A stretch of 64,000 nt of DNA, from assembly GCF_947253395.1 (NCBI RefSeq), contig NZ_CAMXYY010000002.1, forward strand, positions 2,131-66,130, given 5' to 3'. Shown piece after piece: positions 39,608-49,193 of this stretch. A program made the position numbers and the translations under genes. This stretch comes from an uncultured Olegusella sp. (GTDB lineage Bacteria > Actinomycetota > Coriobacteriia > Coriobacteriales > Atopobiaceae). Every line of letters begins with the position of its first letter. Positions within the stretch are counted from its first letter, which is position 1. The notes under the pieces are model-generated. The model did no database searches. It was not told the DNA's origin and saw only the letters and a program-made list of their open reading frames with translations.

Positions 39608-40414
39608 ATGCCTTTGCGAGAGCCTGATGACGGTAGTGGTGTCCTAAGTCCTGCGCATATCGCGAGTCAAAAGTTGCGTATACGCACGCCTGCCTGTGGT
39701 GACTTACCACTTTTGGGTACCGATCCAAAAAAGCGCTATCGTTTAGGTATTATGGGTGGGACTTTTGACCCCATTCATCATGGGCACCTTGTTTGTGCTG
39801 AGACCGCTTTTGATGCGCTCAATCTTGATGTCGTTGTTTTTATGCCTGCGGGTTCCCCCGCTTTTAAACAGCATGTTCATGTTTCTTCGGGTGAAGATCG
39901 CTATGCCATGACTCTGCTTGCCACCTCAGACAATCCACATTTTATGGCGAGTCGCTTTGAGGTAGACCGTGAAGGTGTGACGTATACAGCCGAAACTCTT
40001 CGTTTGCTGAGATCGATTTATCCAAATAATGTTGAGCTTTTCTTTATTACCGGAGCAGATGCTATTGCCGATATAGTGCGTTGGAAGGATGCAGGAAATA
40101 TTGCAGATTTAGCTCATCTCGTAGGTGCTACTCGTCCAGGTTATGACTTGAGGCATGCACAAACTGCAATCGCAGAGTCTCCCTATGACTTCCAAGTAAC
40201 TTATCTTGAAGTGCCGGCATTGGCAATTTCCTCAAGTTATCTGCGCAGGCGTGTTGAAGAAGGTCAGAGCCTACGTTATCTTACGCCGGATACTGTTACT
40301 GGCTATATTCACAAACATGAGCTTTATGGAGCACATTCGTTGAGTTATGGATCGGTGATGGCGCTGGAAAAAGCCCGTGTACATGATGGGGCTACAGAGG
40401 AAGTAACTGCATGA
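39608..40414 (+). CDS. nadD: Nicotinate-nucleotide adenylyltransferase (start uncertain)
   Basis: GGTFDPIHHGH, ITGAD and ISSS motifs. Confidence 0.93.
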   Translation: MPLREPDDGSGVLSPAHIASQKLRIRTPACGDLPLLGTDPKKRYRLGIMGGTFDPIHHGHLVCAETAFDALNLDVVVFMPAGSPAFKQHVHVSSGEDRYAMTLLATSDNPHFMASRFEVDREGVTYTAETLRLLRSIYPNNVELFFITGADAIADIVRWKDAGNIADLAHLVGATRPGYDLRHAQTAIAESPYDFQVTYLEVPALAISSSYLRRRVEEGQSLRYLTPDTVTGYIHKHELYGAHSLSYGSVMALEKARVHDGATEEVTA

Positions 40415-41046
40415 GTGGACTTCAAGTTTATCGCGACATCGATGAAGGTCTTGATGCTCATCAAAGCGCAGAGCTTGCAAAGCTACGTGCTGCTTTGCGT
40501 GAGCATATGGCTGTTGTTAAGCCTAAAAGATATGCTCATTCACTTTCTGTAGCGACTGAAGCAGGACGCTTGGCACATATCTATAGTGTTAGTCCCTATC
40601 TGGCACAAGCAGCCGGTATATTGCACGATTGGGATAAGACGCTCACCTTTGATGAGCAGTTGCAGCATGCTCAGGCTGCCAATATTGATATGGGTGTTGA
40701 GCTTTCCTTGGTGGGAAACCTTTTGCATGGCTTAACTGCCGCTCATGATTTACCTTCCAAATTTCCTGAACTTCCTTCTGAAGTATGGCAAGCTATTGCT
40801 CGTCATACCACAGGGGCTCAGGATATGACGCCTCTTGATATGGTGTTATTTATTGCTGATGGCATTGAGCCTTTGCGTCCTGCAAGTCCAGGAATTGAGC
40901 GTACACGCTCGCTTGTGGGAAAAGTTTCGCTTGATGAGCTCTATTGGGAGTCGTTTATTGGTGGTGTAGTCTACGTGTTGGAAGGTAGACGCTACCTTTA
41001 TCCGGGTACTCTAGAGTTATACAACAGCTATGTCCTTAAGCACTAA
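40411..41046 (+). CDS. yqeK: YqeK-family HD hydrolase (Ap4A hydrolase-like)
   Basis: RYAHS, LHDWDK, HTTG and AD.IEP motifs; lies between nadD and rsfS. Confidence 0.85.
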   Translation: MSGLQVYRDIDEGLDAHQSAELAKLRAALREHMAVVKPKRYAHSLSVATEAGRLAHIYSVSPYLAQAAGILHDWDKTLTFDEQLQHAQAANIDMGVELSLVGNLLHGLTAAHDLPSKFPELPSEVWQAIARHTTGAQDMTPLDMVLFIADGIEPLRPASPGIERTRSLVGKVSLDELYWESFIGGVVYVLEGRRYLYPGTLELYNSYVLKH

Positions 41047-41072
41047 GGAAGTCTTCAAGAAAGGTTGGCTAC

Positions 41073-41465
41073 ATGGCAGTTACACCCCTCGAACTCGTAC
41101 ACGTTGCCGCAATCGCTGCAGATGACAAAAAAGCTCAGGATATTGTCATTATCGATCTTGAAAATGAGACCGATATGTGTGATTACTTCTTGATTTGTAC
41201 AGCCTCTAGCAAGGCACAAGCTGATGCCGTGCTTGAGGCAATTGAGGAAAAGGTAAAGAAGAATTGCCAGGAAGCACCCTTATCTGTTGAAGGCAAAGCA
41301 GGTTCTGGCTGGACTTTGATGGATTATGGTGCCGTAGTTATTCATGTTTTTAGACCTCAAGCGCGTGAGTATTTCCGTATTGAACGCCTTTGGGGAGATG
41401 CTCCACGTGTGAATTTTGGTTTAGAGGGTCAGGCAGAGCCAGATTCTTGTGACAAAAACAAATAA
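41073..41465 (+). CDS. rsfS: Ribosome silencing factor
   Basis: DKKAQD, DYFLICT, W.LMDYG and REYFRIERLW motifs. Confidence 0.93.
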   Translation: MAVTPLELVHVAAIAADDKKAQDIVIIDLENETDMCDYFLICTASSKAQADAVLEAIEEKVKKNCQEAPLSVEGKAGSGWTLMDYGAVVIHVFRPQAREYFRIERLWGDAPRVNFGLEGQAEPDSCDKNK

Positions 41466-41474
41466 GCTGCAGGC

Positions 41475-42749
41475 TTATCGAGAGCGACCTTCTTCGTCGA
41501 GCTCGCCACGTAGACGCAAATCATGCCCATAGGCAATAACTGAATTTCCAAAACGTGATTTTAGTTCGTCAGTGGTAAGAGCAAGGCGACGTAGGTCACG
41601 TTTTTTCTTAGCAAGACGTTTGCTCTCTTCCACATCAGATTCCGTCTCAAAAAGACTGAGTTGTTGAGAGTTGCTTGCCTCAAAATTGCTTATACCCACG
41701 CCTACAAGACGTACAGGGCTCCCTTCATGCCAAATCTGCTCAAGAAGTTCGAGTGCTACCTGGGCAAATTCGTGTTCATCATCTGTGGGCCTGTCAAGTT
41801 GGCGCTGAATAGTATGGCTTTTATTGAAGTCAAACTTAAGCTTTAAGCTTAGTTCGCTACCTTTAAGCCCTTTTTTTCTCAGGCGTGTACCCGTGAGCGC
41901 GGCTACATGCAAAACTGCGGCATGGACATCTTTTTTATTGCATAGATCGTGGGCAAAGGTACGCTCAGAAGAAACTGACTTTGGCACTTCATGTACGGCC
42001 CGCTCCGCGACAATGCTTTGTTCTTTGCCTGCTGCGCGCTCTATGAGGCGAGGTCCATAACTCCCCATCATTCGTCTGAGTTGTTGTGGATCTGCTTGGG
42101 CAAGTTGTCCGAGAGTTTTTATATGTAGCGCTTGTAGTCTTGCTTCCGCTTTGCTTCCGATACCACTCATAGCGCGTACGGGCAAAGGTGCCAAAAAGAG
42201 AGCTTCTGTACCTGGAGGTACAACGGTGAGTCCACGGGGTTTTTCTCGCTCAGAAGCGATTTTGGCTATAGTTTTGTTAATGCCAAGTCCGATGGAGCAA
42301 CTAATTCCAAGTTTTTCCACACGATTTTGAATTCGCCGACAAATAACAAGGGGATTTTCTGCAGCATAACGACCAGGTGTTATATCAAAAAAAGCCTCAT
42401 CAATAGAAACTTGCTCTACCAAGGGTGTTTCATCAACAAGAATATTCATGACAGCTGCAGATAACTCGCGGTATCGCGAGAAATGACCTTCAGTCCAAAT
42501 TGCTTGGGGGCAAAGACGTTCTGCCAGAACACTAGGCATAGCAGAATGTACGCCAAATTTGCGTGCCTCATAAGATGCGGTCGAAACGACACCACGACGC
42601 TTTGAAGACCCTCCAACAATAAGGGGCTTACCTCGCCATTCTGGGTGATCAAGCTGTTCGACCGAGGCAAAGAACGCATCCAGATCAAGCAAGCCGATTG
42701 CTCGTCCTGACCAAGGAATTACCGCTCTGTCATCCTTTACATTCTCCAT
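41475..42749 (-). CDS. dinB: DNA polymerase IV
   Basis: DLDAFFASVE, SYEAR and SIDEAF motifs. Confidence 0.94.
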   Translation of the reverse strand: MENVKDDRAVIPWSGRAIGLLDLDAFFASVEQLDHPEWRGKPLIVGGSSKRRGVVSTASYEARKFGVHSAMPSVLAERLCPQAIWTEGHFSRYRELSAAVMNILVDETPLVEQVSIDEAFFDITPGRYAAENPLVICRRIQNRVEKLGISCSIGLGINKTIAKIASEREKPRGLTVVPPGTEALFLAPLPVRAMSGIGSKAEARLQALHIKTLGQLAQADPQQLRRMMGSYGPRLIERAAGKEQSIVAERAVHEVPKSVSSERTFAHDLCNKKDVHAAVLHVAALTGTRLRKKGLKGSELSLKLKFDFNKSHTIQRQLDRPTDDEHEFAQVALELLEQIWHEGSPVRLVGVGISNFEASNSQQLSLFETESDVEESKRLAKKKRDLRRLALTTDELKSRFGNSVIAYGHDLRLRGELDEEGRSR

Positions 42750-43019
42750 GCTTATCATTATAGGTAAGTAGCAAGATGGCTCCTTTGTTCTAGATGCCTG
42801 TGCAATAAGCTGAAGTTATGCTTATTCAAAAATTCAAAAAAACATTGATAAATTTGTTCTTAGAGCTGCTTAAACGTTGCTTTTACATGGATTTTGTCTT
42901 TAAGATATAAAAACTATACCTTGCACCAAACGCTAAGAGTCGTATAGTAGGAGAGCATTTGTGTGGCAAAGCGGCACAACTACTACTACCACGGTGTCGC
43001 TCGTCTGAAGGAGTTTTCA

Positions 43020-43337
43020 TTGGCAGTCAAGATTCGTTTGGCCCGTCACGGCGCCAAGAAGCGTCCCTATTATCGCGTTGTCGTCGCTGATGGTCGTATG
43101 CCTCGCGATGGTCGTTATATTGAGGAGGTTGGTCGCTATAATCCTTTGACCACTCCCAAGACCATTCAGCTTGACCTTGAGAAGATTGATGAGTGGGTTG
43201 CTAAGGGTGCTCAGCCCAGCTCTACCGTCTCTCATCTGATGGACATTGTGCGTACTGGTGCTCCCGCACCTGAGAAGAAGGCCAAGCTTTCTAAAAAGGC
43301 TCAGGCCAAGGTATCAGCAGCCCAGGACGAGGAGTAA
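43020..43337 (+). CDS. rpsP: 30S ribosomal protein S16
   Basis: [21 protein letters not shown] start after AAGGAG. Confidence 0.96.
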   Translation: MAVKIRLARHGAKKRPYYRVVVADGRMPRDGRYIEEVGRYNPLTTPKTIQLDLEKIDEWVAKGAQPSSTVSHLMDIVRTGAPAPEKKAKLSKKAQAKVSAAQDEE

Positions 43338-43340
43338 GCC

Positions 43341-43658
43341 ATGACCGGCGAATTCGCCGACGTCACTGAGGAGACCATCGACGTAGTCGAGGAGATTCAG
43401 GACGACGAGGAGCTCGCCTCGGACAAGGTTGCAGATCTCGTGGAGTATATCGTGTGCGGTTTGGTAGCTGATCAAGATAGTGTTTCTTTGGATGTTACCG
43501 ACCGTGAGGGCAGCGCACTTATTGAGGTGAGCTGCGCCGAAGAGGACGCCGGCCGTATTATTGGTCGTCGTGGTCGCACGATTAAGGCCATTCGCACGCT
43601 TGCTCGTGCCCTTGGTTCACGTGTGGGTACTTCTGTCGAGGTAGAGGTTGTAGGTTAG
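43341..43658 (+). CDS. khpA: KH-domain RNA-binding protein (KhpA-like)
   Basis: GRIIGRRGRTIKAIR motif; lies between rpsP and rimM. Confidence 0.88.
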   Translation: MTGEFADVTEETIDVVEEIQDDEELASDKVADLVEYIVCGLVADQDSVSLDVTDREGSALIEVSCAEEDAGRIIGRRGRTIKAIRTLARALGSRVGTSVEVEVVG

Positions 43659-43664
43659 GTGGCC

Positions 43665-44171
43665 ATGGCGCGCAAACATTGGCGCTTGGTCGCAGGTATA
43701 ACAAAGACACATGGCAAAGGTGGGGAGGTCGTAGCGACTCCGGTCGCGGGGCTTCCCCCCTTGTTATACGCTGGTATGCATGTGGCTTGTGTTCCACCTG
43801 TGCTCAAGCGAGATAGGTTCCATCGGATACATCATGTGACCAACGCAGGTTCAGGTCAACTGATTTCCTTATCTGATGTCACAAGTATTTCTGATGCCCA
43901 AGCCCTGGTAGGTCATTGTCTTTTAGCTCTTGTAGAAGAGCTGCCTGATGATTTAGGTCCTACTTTGGATGAACTGTTGGGTCGTCATGTGGCTGACCGC
44001 AGGTATGGTGAACTAGGACATATCTCTGAGATTATGGTAGGTCCTGCCAATGATGTTTGGGTGGTGCGTCAAGGCAACAAAGAAGTATTGATTCCTGCCA
44101 TTGATGAGTTCATTGACGCGTTGCCTGCTCAAGGCGTTATTCATGTTCATTTGCCTGATGGACTTGTTTAG
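43665..44171 (+). CDS. rimM: Ribosome maturation factor
   Basis: THGKGGEV, ANDVWV and VLIPA motifs; synteny. Confidence 0.88.
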   Translation: MARKHWRLVAGITKTHGKGGEVVATPVAGLPPLLYAGMHVACVPPVLKRDRFHRIHHVTNAGSGQLISLSDVTSISDAQALVGHCLLALVEELPDDLGPTLDELLGRHVADRRYGELGHISEIMVGPANDVWVVRQGNKEVLIPAIDEFIDALPAQGVIHVHLPDGLV

Positions 44172-44183
44172 GGAGGAGAGGCT

Positions 44184-44891
44184 GTGCATATTGAAACACT
44201 TTCCGTCTTTCCCGAAGTCTTTGAGCCTTATATGAGCACCTCTATCATGGGTCGTGCGCAGGATAAAGGAATTTTGAGCTTTCAAGCGTATAATCTGCGT
44301 GATTGGACACATGATAGGCATCACACGGTGGATGATGCACCTTTTGGTGGTGGTCAGGGCATGCTTATGAAGCCTCAACCCATCTTTGATGCTGTGCGCA
44401 ATCTAAAATCCCGTAGTTTATCTTTGCCCTATGTGGTTTTCTTTTCACCTTGTGGAAGGCGTTTTGATGAGTCTTGCGCACAACGTCTTGCCAAAAAAGA
44501 GCAGCTATTGTTTGTTTGTGGTCGTTATGAGGGTATGGACGAACGCTGTTACGAACTGGCAGATGAGATTATCTCCCTTGGTGATTACGTACTTACAGGT
44601 GGGGAGCTTGCGGCTATGGTTGTAAGTGATGCCGTCGTGCGTTTATTGCCAGGCGCTTTAGGTGATGAGAATAGTGCGAAGGACGAGTCTTTCTCGGATG
44701 GTTTGTTGGAATATGCCCAATATACTCGGCCCGCAGATTTTGAAGGTAGGAAAGTCCCTGAAGTTTTGCTCTCAGGCAATCATGCAGAAATTGCAAAATG
44801 GCGGGCTCAAAGTGCGTTGGAACGTACCCAAAAGTGGCGTCCCGATTTGCTAGAAAATGTTTCTTTGGCGCTTCAGGAGGGGAGAGCGTAG
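44184..44891 (+). CDS. trmD: tRNA (guanine-N1)-methyltransferase
   Basis: VDDAPFGGG.GM, CGRYEG and SLGDYVLTGGE motifs. Confidence 0.96.
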   Translation: MHIETLSVFPEVFEPYMSTSIMGRAQDKGILSFQAYNLRDWTHDRHHTVDDAPFGGGQGMLMKPQPIFDAVRNLKSRSLSLPYVVFFSPCGRRFDESCAQRLAKKEQLLFVCGRYEGMDERCYELADEIISLGDYVLTGGELAAMVVSDAVVRLLPGALGDENSAKDESFSDGLLEYAQYTRPADFEGRKVPEVLLSGNHAEIAKWRAQSALERTQKWRPDLLENVSLALQEGRA

Positions 44892-44892
44892 T

Positions 44893-45441
44893 ATGGAAAA
44901 ACGTGGTATTCCCAATTGGCTGCAATGGGTGTTGGTCTTTGTTATTGCTATTTGCGCCAGTTTGCTGATACGCCGTTATGTGGTTGAGTTTTATGAAGTA
45001 CCGTCAGGCTCGATGCTTCAAACAATCCAGCAAGGGGATCACCTGATAGGTTCGAAAGTGAGTCTATGGTCAAATGATCCTCAGGTGGGTCAAATCGTAA
45101 CCTTCAACGATATTAAAGGTACAGGCGATACGCTTATTAAACGCATTATTGCAGGTCCCGGTCAAACTGTTGACATCAAGGATAACGCAGTTTGGGTTGA
45201 TGGTAAAAAGCTTGATGAACCCTATACCTCGGGTACGCCTACCCTGCCTTTACGCGATACCTGGGTTGCAGGTGGAATTACATATCCCCTTACCATTCCT
45301 GAAGGACAGGTTTGGGTTATGGGGGACAATCGTACCGATTCTCTTGACTCGCGTTACTTTGGACCCATCCCTCTGAGTTCCATCACTTCTGAGGCGATAT
45401 GGATTTATTGGCCGCCTAACCGCTGGGGTGCCTTAAAGTAG
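44893..45441 (+). CDS. lepB: Signal peptidase I
   Basis: TM, PSGSM, IKRI and GDNR..SLDSR motifs. Confidence 0.92.
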   Translation: MEKRGIPNWLQWVLVFVIAICASLLIRRYVVEFYEVPSGSMLQTIQQGDHLIGSKVSLWSNDPQVGQIVTFNDIKGTGDTLIKRIIAGPGQTVDIKDNAVWVDGKKLDEPYTSGTPTLPLRDTWVAGGITYPLTIPEGQVWVMGDNRTDSLDSRYFGPIPLSSITSEAIWIYWPPNRWGALK

Positions 45442-45533
45442 ACACGCAGTTTTTATGAGTTGCAACTGATGCGACGAGAAAATCAAGGTATGGTTTTGCC
45501 GTACAAAAAAGTTAACGAGAGGAAAGCAGGACT

Positions 45534-46439
45534 ATGAGTACTACTCCACTAAGCTTCCAAGATATGATCTTGGCCCTTGAGCATTACTGGGCAGATCAAG
45601 GTTGCACGGTTATGCAACCTTACGATAGCGAAGTCGGTGCTGGTACCTTTCATACCGCTACTTTGCTACGTAGCCTGGGACCCGCTGCTTGGCGCACCTG
45701 CTATCCACAGCCTTGCCGTCGCCCTGCTGATGGACGTTATGGGGAAAATCCCAATCGTATGCAACATTACTATCAATTCCAGGTAGTGCTCAAGCCCAGC
45801 CCTGTTGATTCTCAGGAGCTGTATTTGGGATCGCTTACAGCAATTGGCCTTGACCCTGCCGAGCATGACGTCCGTTTTGTTGAGGATGACTGGGAAAGTC
45901 CTACGCTGGGTGCTTGGGGCTTGGGTTGGGAAGTCTGGATGGATGGTATGGAGGTTACTCAATTTACCTACTTCCAACAGGTGGGTGGCATTGAAGTTGA
46001 CCCTGTTCCCGTTGAGATTACCTATGGTCTTGAGCGTATTGCTATGTATGCTCAACAGGTTAATTCGGTTTATGACTTGGTATGGAGTTGGCTACCTGAT
46101 GGCACCGCCATCAAATACGGTGATGTTTTCCTCGAAAACGAGCGTGAGTTTTCGGTATATAACTTTGAACTTGCCAATGTTCCCATGATGCGACAGAAAT
46201 TTGATGATTACGAGAGGGAATGCCACGCCTGTCTTGATCGCAAGTTACCGCTCCCTGGCTATGACTGCGTTATGAAGTGCAGCCATGCCTTTAATCTACT
46301 TGACTCTCGTGGGGCACTGTCTGCTGTTGAGCGTGCAAACTATATTCTTCGTGTGCGTACACTTGCCAAAGCCTGCTGCGAGTCATATTTGGCAGAGGTC
46401 GCGAGCAAGTCTGATGCAGAAAAGAAGGAGGTGGCCTAA
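45534..46439 (+). CDS. glyQ: Glycyl-tRNA synthetase alpha subunit
   Basis: [20 protein letters not shown] and ITYGLER motifs. Confidence 0.97.
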   Translation: MSTTPLSFQDMILALEHYWADQGCTVMQPYDSEVGAGTFHTATLLRSLGPAAWRTCYPQPCRRPADGRYGENPNRMQHYYQFQVVLKPSPVDSQELYLGSLTAIGLDPAEHDVRFVEDDWESPTLGAWGLGWEVWMDGMEVTQFTYFQQVGGIEVDPVPVEITYGLERIAMYAQQVNSVYDLVWSWLPDGTAIKYGDVFLENEREFSVYNFELANVPMMRQKFDDYERECHACLDRKLPLPGYDCVMKCSHAFNLLDSRGALSAVERANYILRVRTLAKACCESYLAEVASKSDAEKKEVA

Positions 46440-48536
46440 ATGGCTCATAAGAAGGATTTTCTTCTCGAAATTGGTACTGAGGAAATGCCGTCCGCACCTC
46501 TTTCTAACGCCGTTGTTCAACTAGGAAAACTCGTGGACGAAGGCCTTGATGAGCTTGGGCTGTCTCACGGTGAGGTGCGTATTATCTCGACCCCGCGTCG
46601 ACTAGCTGCTCTCGTGGCAGACGTTGCTTGTGCTACCGAGGAGCGCAATGAGTCTCATCGTGGACCTGCTGCACGTATTGCCTTTGATGCTGAGGGCAAT
46701 CCTACCAAAGCAGCTCTTGGATTTGCTCGTAAACAAGGGGTGAGCCCGGATCAGCTGCAAAGGCGTGTAGATGCTGATGGCAACGAGTATGTCTTTGCTG
46801 AGATTCACGAAGAATCCCATCTGGCAGAACCTCTGCTGACCCAACTTTGTGAGTATGTCATCTCGCATCTTGAATGGCCTAACTACCGTAGTCAGCGTTG
46901 GGGTTCTGAGCACGTGAGCTTTGTGCGCCCAGTTCGTTGGATTTGCGCTCTTTTGGGGAGTGAAATTATAGAGCTCACGTATGGTGACGTGACAAGCAGC
47001 AATACTACCCGTGGTCATCGCGTGTTAGGTGCGGGCGAGCACGTAGTCGCCGAGCCCAAGCTTTACGAAGATGTTTTGCGCTCTGTTTGTGTACTCGGTG
47101 AAGAAGAGCGTGCAGCGGTTATTCGTAAGGGCATAGCTCAAATTGAAGCTGAGCGTGGTGGTGCACATGTTGATACGCCTCGTGCTACGTTCCAAGAGGT
47201 TGTCAATCTTTGTGAGTGGCCCTCGGTTATTGTGGGTAAGTTTGATGAGGAGTTTCTTGCTGTTCCTCATGAGATTATCTGTGAATCCATGCTTTCCAAT
47301 CAACGTTATTTCCCTATTTATGACAAGAATGCCAAACTTACCTGCGAGTTTGTTGTTGTGAGTAATGCTGACCCTCTCTGTGCCGCAACGGTTATCGATG
47401 GTAATGAGCGTGTGGTGAGGGCTCGTCTTGACGATGCAAAGTTCTTCTACGATGAAGACCTTAAGGTTCCGATGGATGAATTTGTTGAGCGCTTGAGCCA
47501 AGTTGTCTTCCAAGAAAAGCTGGGTACCATGCGTCAAAAGGTTGAGCGTATGGAAACCCTTGCTTTGGCAGCTGCACATCAGTTGGATGCTGACGAAGAA
47601 TTAGTGCAGAAGGTACAACGCACTGCACATCTAGCCAAGGCAGATCTTGTGAGTCAGGCAGTTATTGAGTTTACGAGTCAGCAAGGTGTTATGGGCGGTT
47701 ACTACGCTGAGGCAGCGGGGGAGTCTGTTGATATTGCTGATGCAATTCGCGAACACTATCATCCACGTTTTGCAGGTGACCAGCTGCCTTCTGGTGTTGT
47801 GGGGCAGCTTGTAGCTTTGGCTGACAAGATTGATACCACTTGTGGCATGTTTGCCATTGACGAGCCGCCCACAGGCTCTGCAGACCCCTTTGCCGTACGC
47901 CGTGCAGCAATTGGCGTGATTGCTATTCTCAAGGTTTTGCCCAAGCTTGAGCTTCGTAAACTCATTCATTGTGCGCTCTCTAGCCTTGCTGCACAGGGCA
48001 TTTGCTTTGATATAACTAAAGTTGAGGCAGATGTTGCCAAGTTTTTTGCAGGTCGTCTTGCTGCTATGGCCAAAAAAGATGGCATTGCTCCAGACACCAT
48101 TGATGCTGTTTCTGCGGTAGGCGTCATTGACCCTGCAGAATTCTTTGCTCGCGCTCATGCTCTTGATGAGGCGCGTTCAAGCCAGCCTGAACTTTTTGAT
48201 GATTTGGCGGTGGCATACGCCCGTGCCGCGCACCTTGCTGACAAGAAGTTGGGTATTGAGGTTGACGAAACTTTACTCAGTGAATCTGAATTGAGCTTGC
48301 TCCAAGCTTGTTGTGAAGGTGAACAGAATGTGGAGAAAGCATTGGCTTCAGGTGACTATGAGGGGGCTTGTCGCTCTCTCGCGGCATTAAGAGAGCCCAT
48401 CGACCGATTCTTTAGTGACGTACTTGTCATGGACGAGCACACTAAGTTAAGGGAGAACAGGCTTCGGCTGTTAAACCGCTTTGCAAATGTCTTTGCAGAT
48501 GTGGCGGATATCGGAGCACTTTCCCGCAAACGCTAG
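46440..48536 (+). CDS. glyS: Glycyl-tRNA synthetase beta subunit
   Basis: LLEIGTEEMP, TPRRL, GNERVVRARL and DPFAVRR motifs. Confidence 0.95.
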   Translation: MAHKKDFLLEIGTEEMPSAPLSNAVVQLGKLVDEGLDELGLSHGEVRIISTPRRLAALVADVACATEERNESHRGPAARIAFDAEGNPTKAALGFARKQGVSPDQLQRRVDADGNEYVFAEIHEESHLAEPLLTQLCEYVISHLEWPNYRSQRWGSEHVSFVRPVRWICALLGSEIIELTYGDVTSSNTTRGHRVLGAGEHVVAEPKLYEDVLRSVCVLGEEERAAVIRKGIAQIEAERGGAHVDTPRATFQEVVNLCEWPSVIVGKFDEEFLAVPHEIICESMLSNQRYFPIYDKNAKLTCEFVVVSNADPLCAATVIDGNERVVRARLDDAKFFYDEDLKVPMDEFVERLSQVVFQEKLGTMRQKVERMETLALAAAHQLDADEELVQKVQRTAHLAKADLVSQAVIEFTSQQGVMGGYYAEAAGESVDIADAIREHYHPRFAGDQLPSGVVGQLVALADKIDTTCGMFAIDEPPTGSADPFAVRRAAIGVIAILKVLPKLELRKLIHCALSSLAAQGICFDITKVEADVAKFFAGRLAAMAKKDGIAPDTIDAVSAVGVIDPAEFFARAHALDEARSSQPELFDDLAVAYARAAHLADKKLGIEVDETLLSESELSLLQACCEGEQNVEKALASGDYEGACRSLAALREPIDRFFSDVLVMDEHTKLRENRLRLLNRFANVFADVADIGALSRKR

Positions 48537-48604
48537 GTATGCACGCCTTGTCATGTGTATAAAGTCGGACACAAAGGTCCGGTTTGAGAGGAAGGAACGC
48601 ATTC

Positions 48605-49009
48605 ATGCCTGAGGACTTCATCGGTGAGGAGATTGGGGAAGAGTCCCTTCCCATCGTATTCGTTCTCTCTGACGCTCGCGGCAAGACTGCGGTTGGCGTC
48701 GTAGAGGCTGCGGCTGACCAGTTTGAGGATGGTGCGATTGTCGTTAAACAGCTGGGTAATGTAAACAATGTTGAGATGGTTTGTGACTACCTTGACAAGA
48801 ATCGCGAAGAGGATACACCTACGGCTGTTTTCCACACGATCGCTGATAAGAATCTTCGCCGTGATATTAGGCGCGAGCTAGACAGTAGGGGTATTCCTTC
48901 TGTTGACTTGCTCGGTCCTGCCATTACGGTTATTGCTAGCCTTACGGGTTCTGAGCCCGCAAGTATCAGTGGTCATCGTGCAGAAACTTCTGTACAAGAG
49001 CTCGCGTAA
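48605..49009 (+). CDS. N-terminal-domain-only homologue of the PPDK/PEPS regulatory protein (DUF299)
   Basis: VFVLSDARGKTA..VVEAAADQF, VFHTI and VDLLGP match the DUF299 N-half; 134 aa; directly upstream of ppdK. Confidence 0.75.
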   Translation: MPEDFIGEEIGEESLPIVFVLSDARGKTAVGVVEAAADQFEDGAIVVKQLGNVNNVEMVCDYLDKNREEDTPTAVFHTIADKNLRRDIRRELDSRGIPSVDLLGPAITVIASLTGSEPASISGHRAETSVQELA

Positions 49010-49193
49010 GCTGCTCATATTGTGAAAAATTGAGTTAGACAGCAGGCCAATATTTCCTCGTAGTGTGGAAATGATGGTCTGCATGTCTGGCTTTATTAAT
49101 TTGAATTCAGCTTAACTGCTGGATTGCGCTATCATGCTGCTGTTGGTACAGGGGTGGCTTTGGCTACCCAAAGTAACGAATCAAGGAGTGCGT

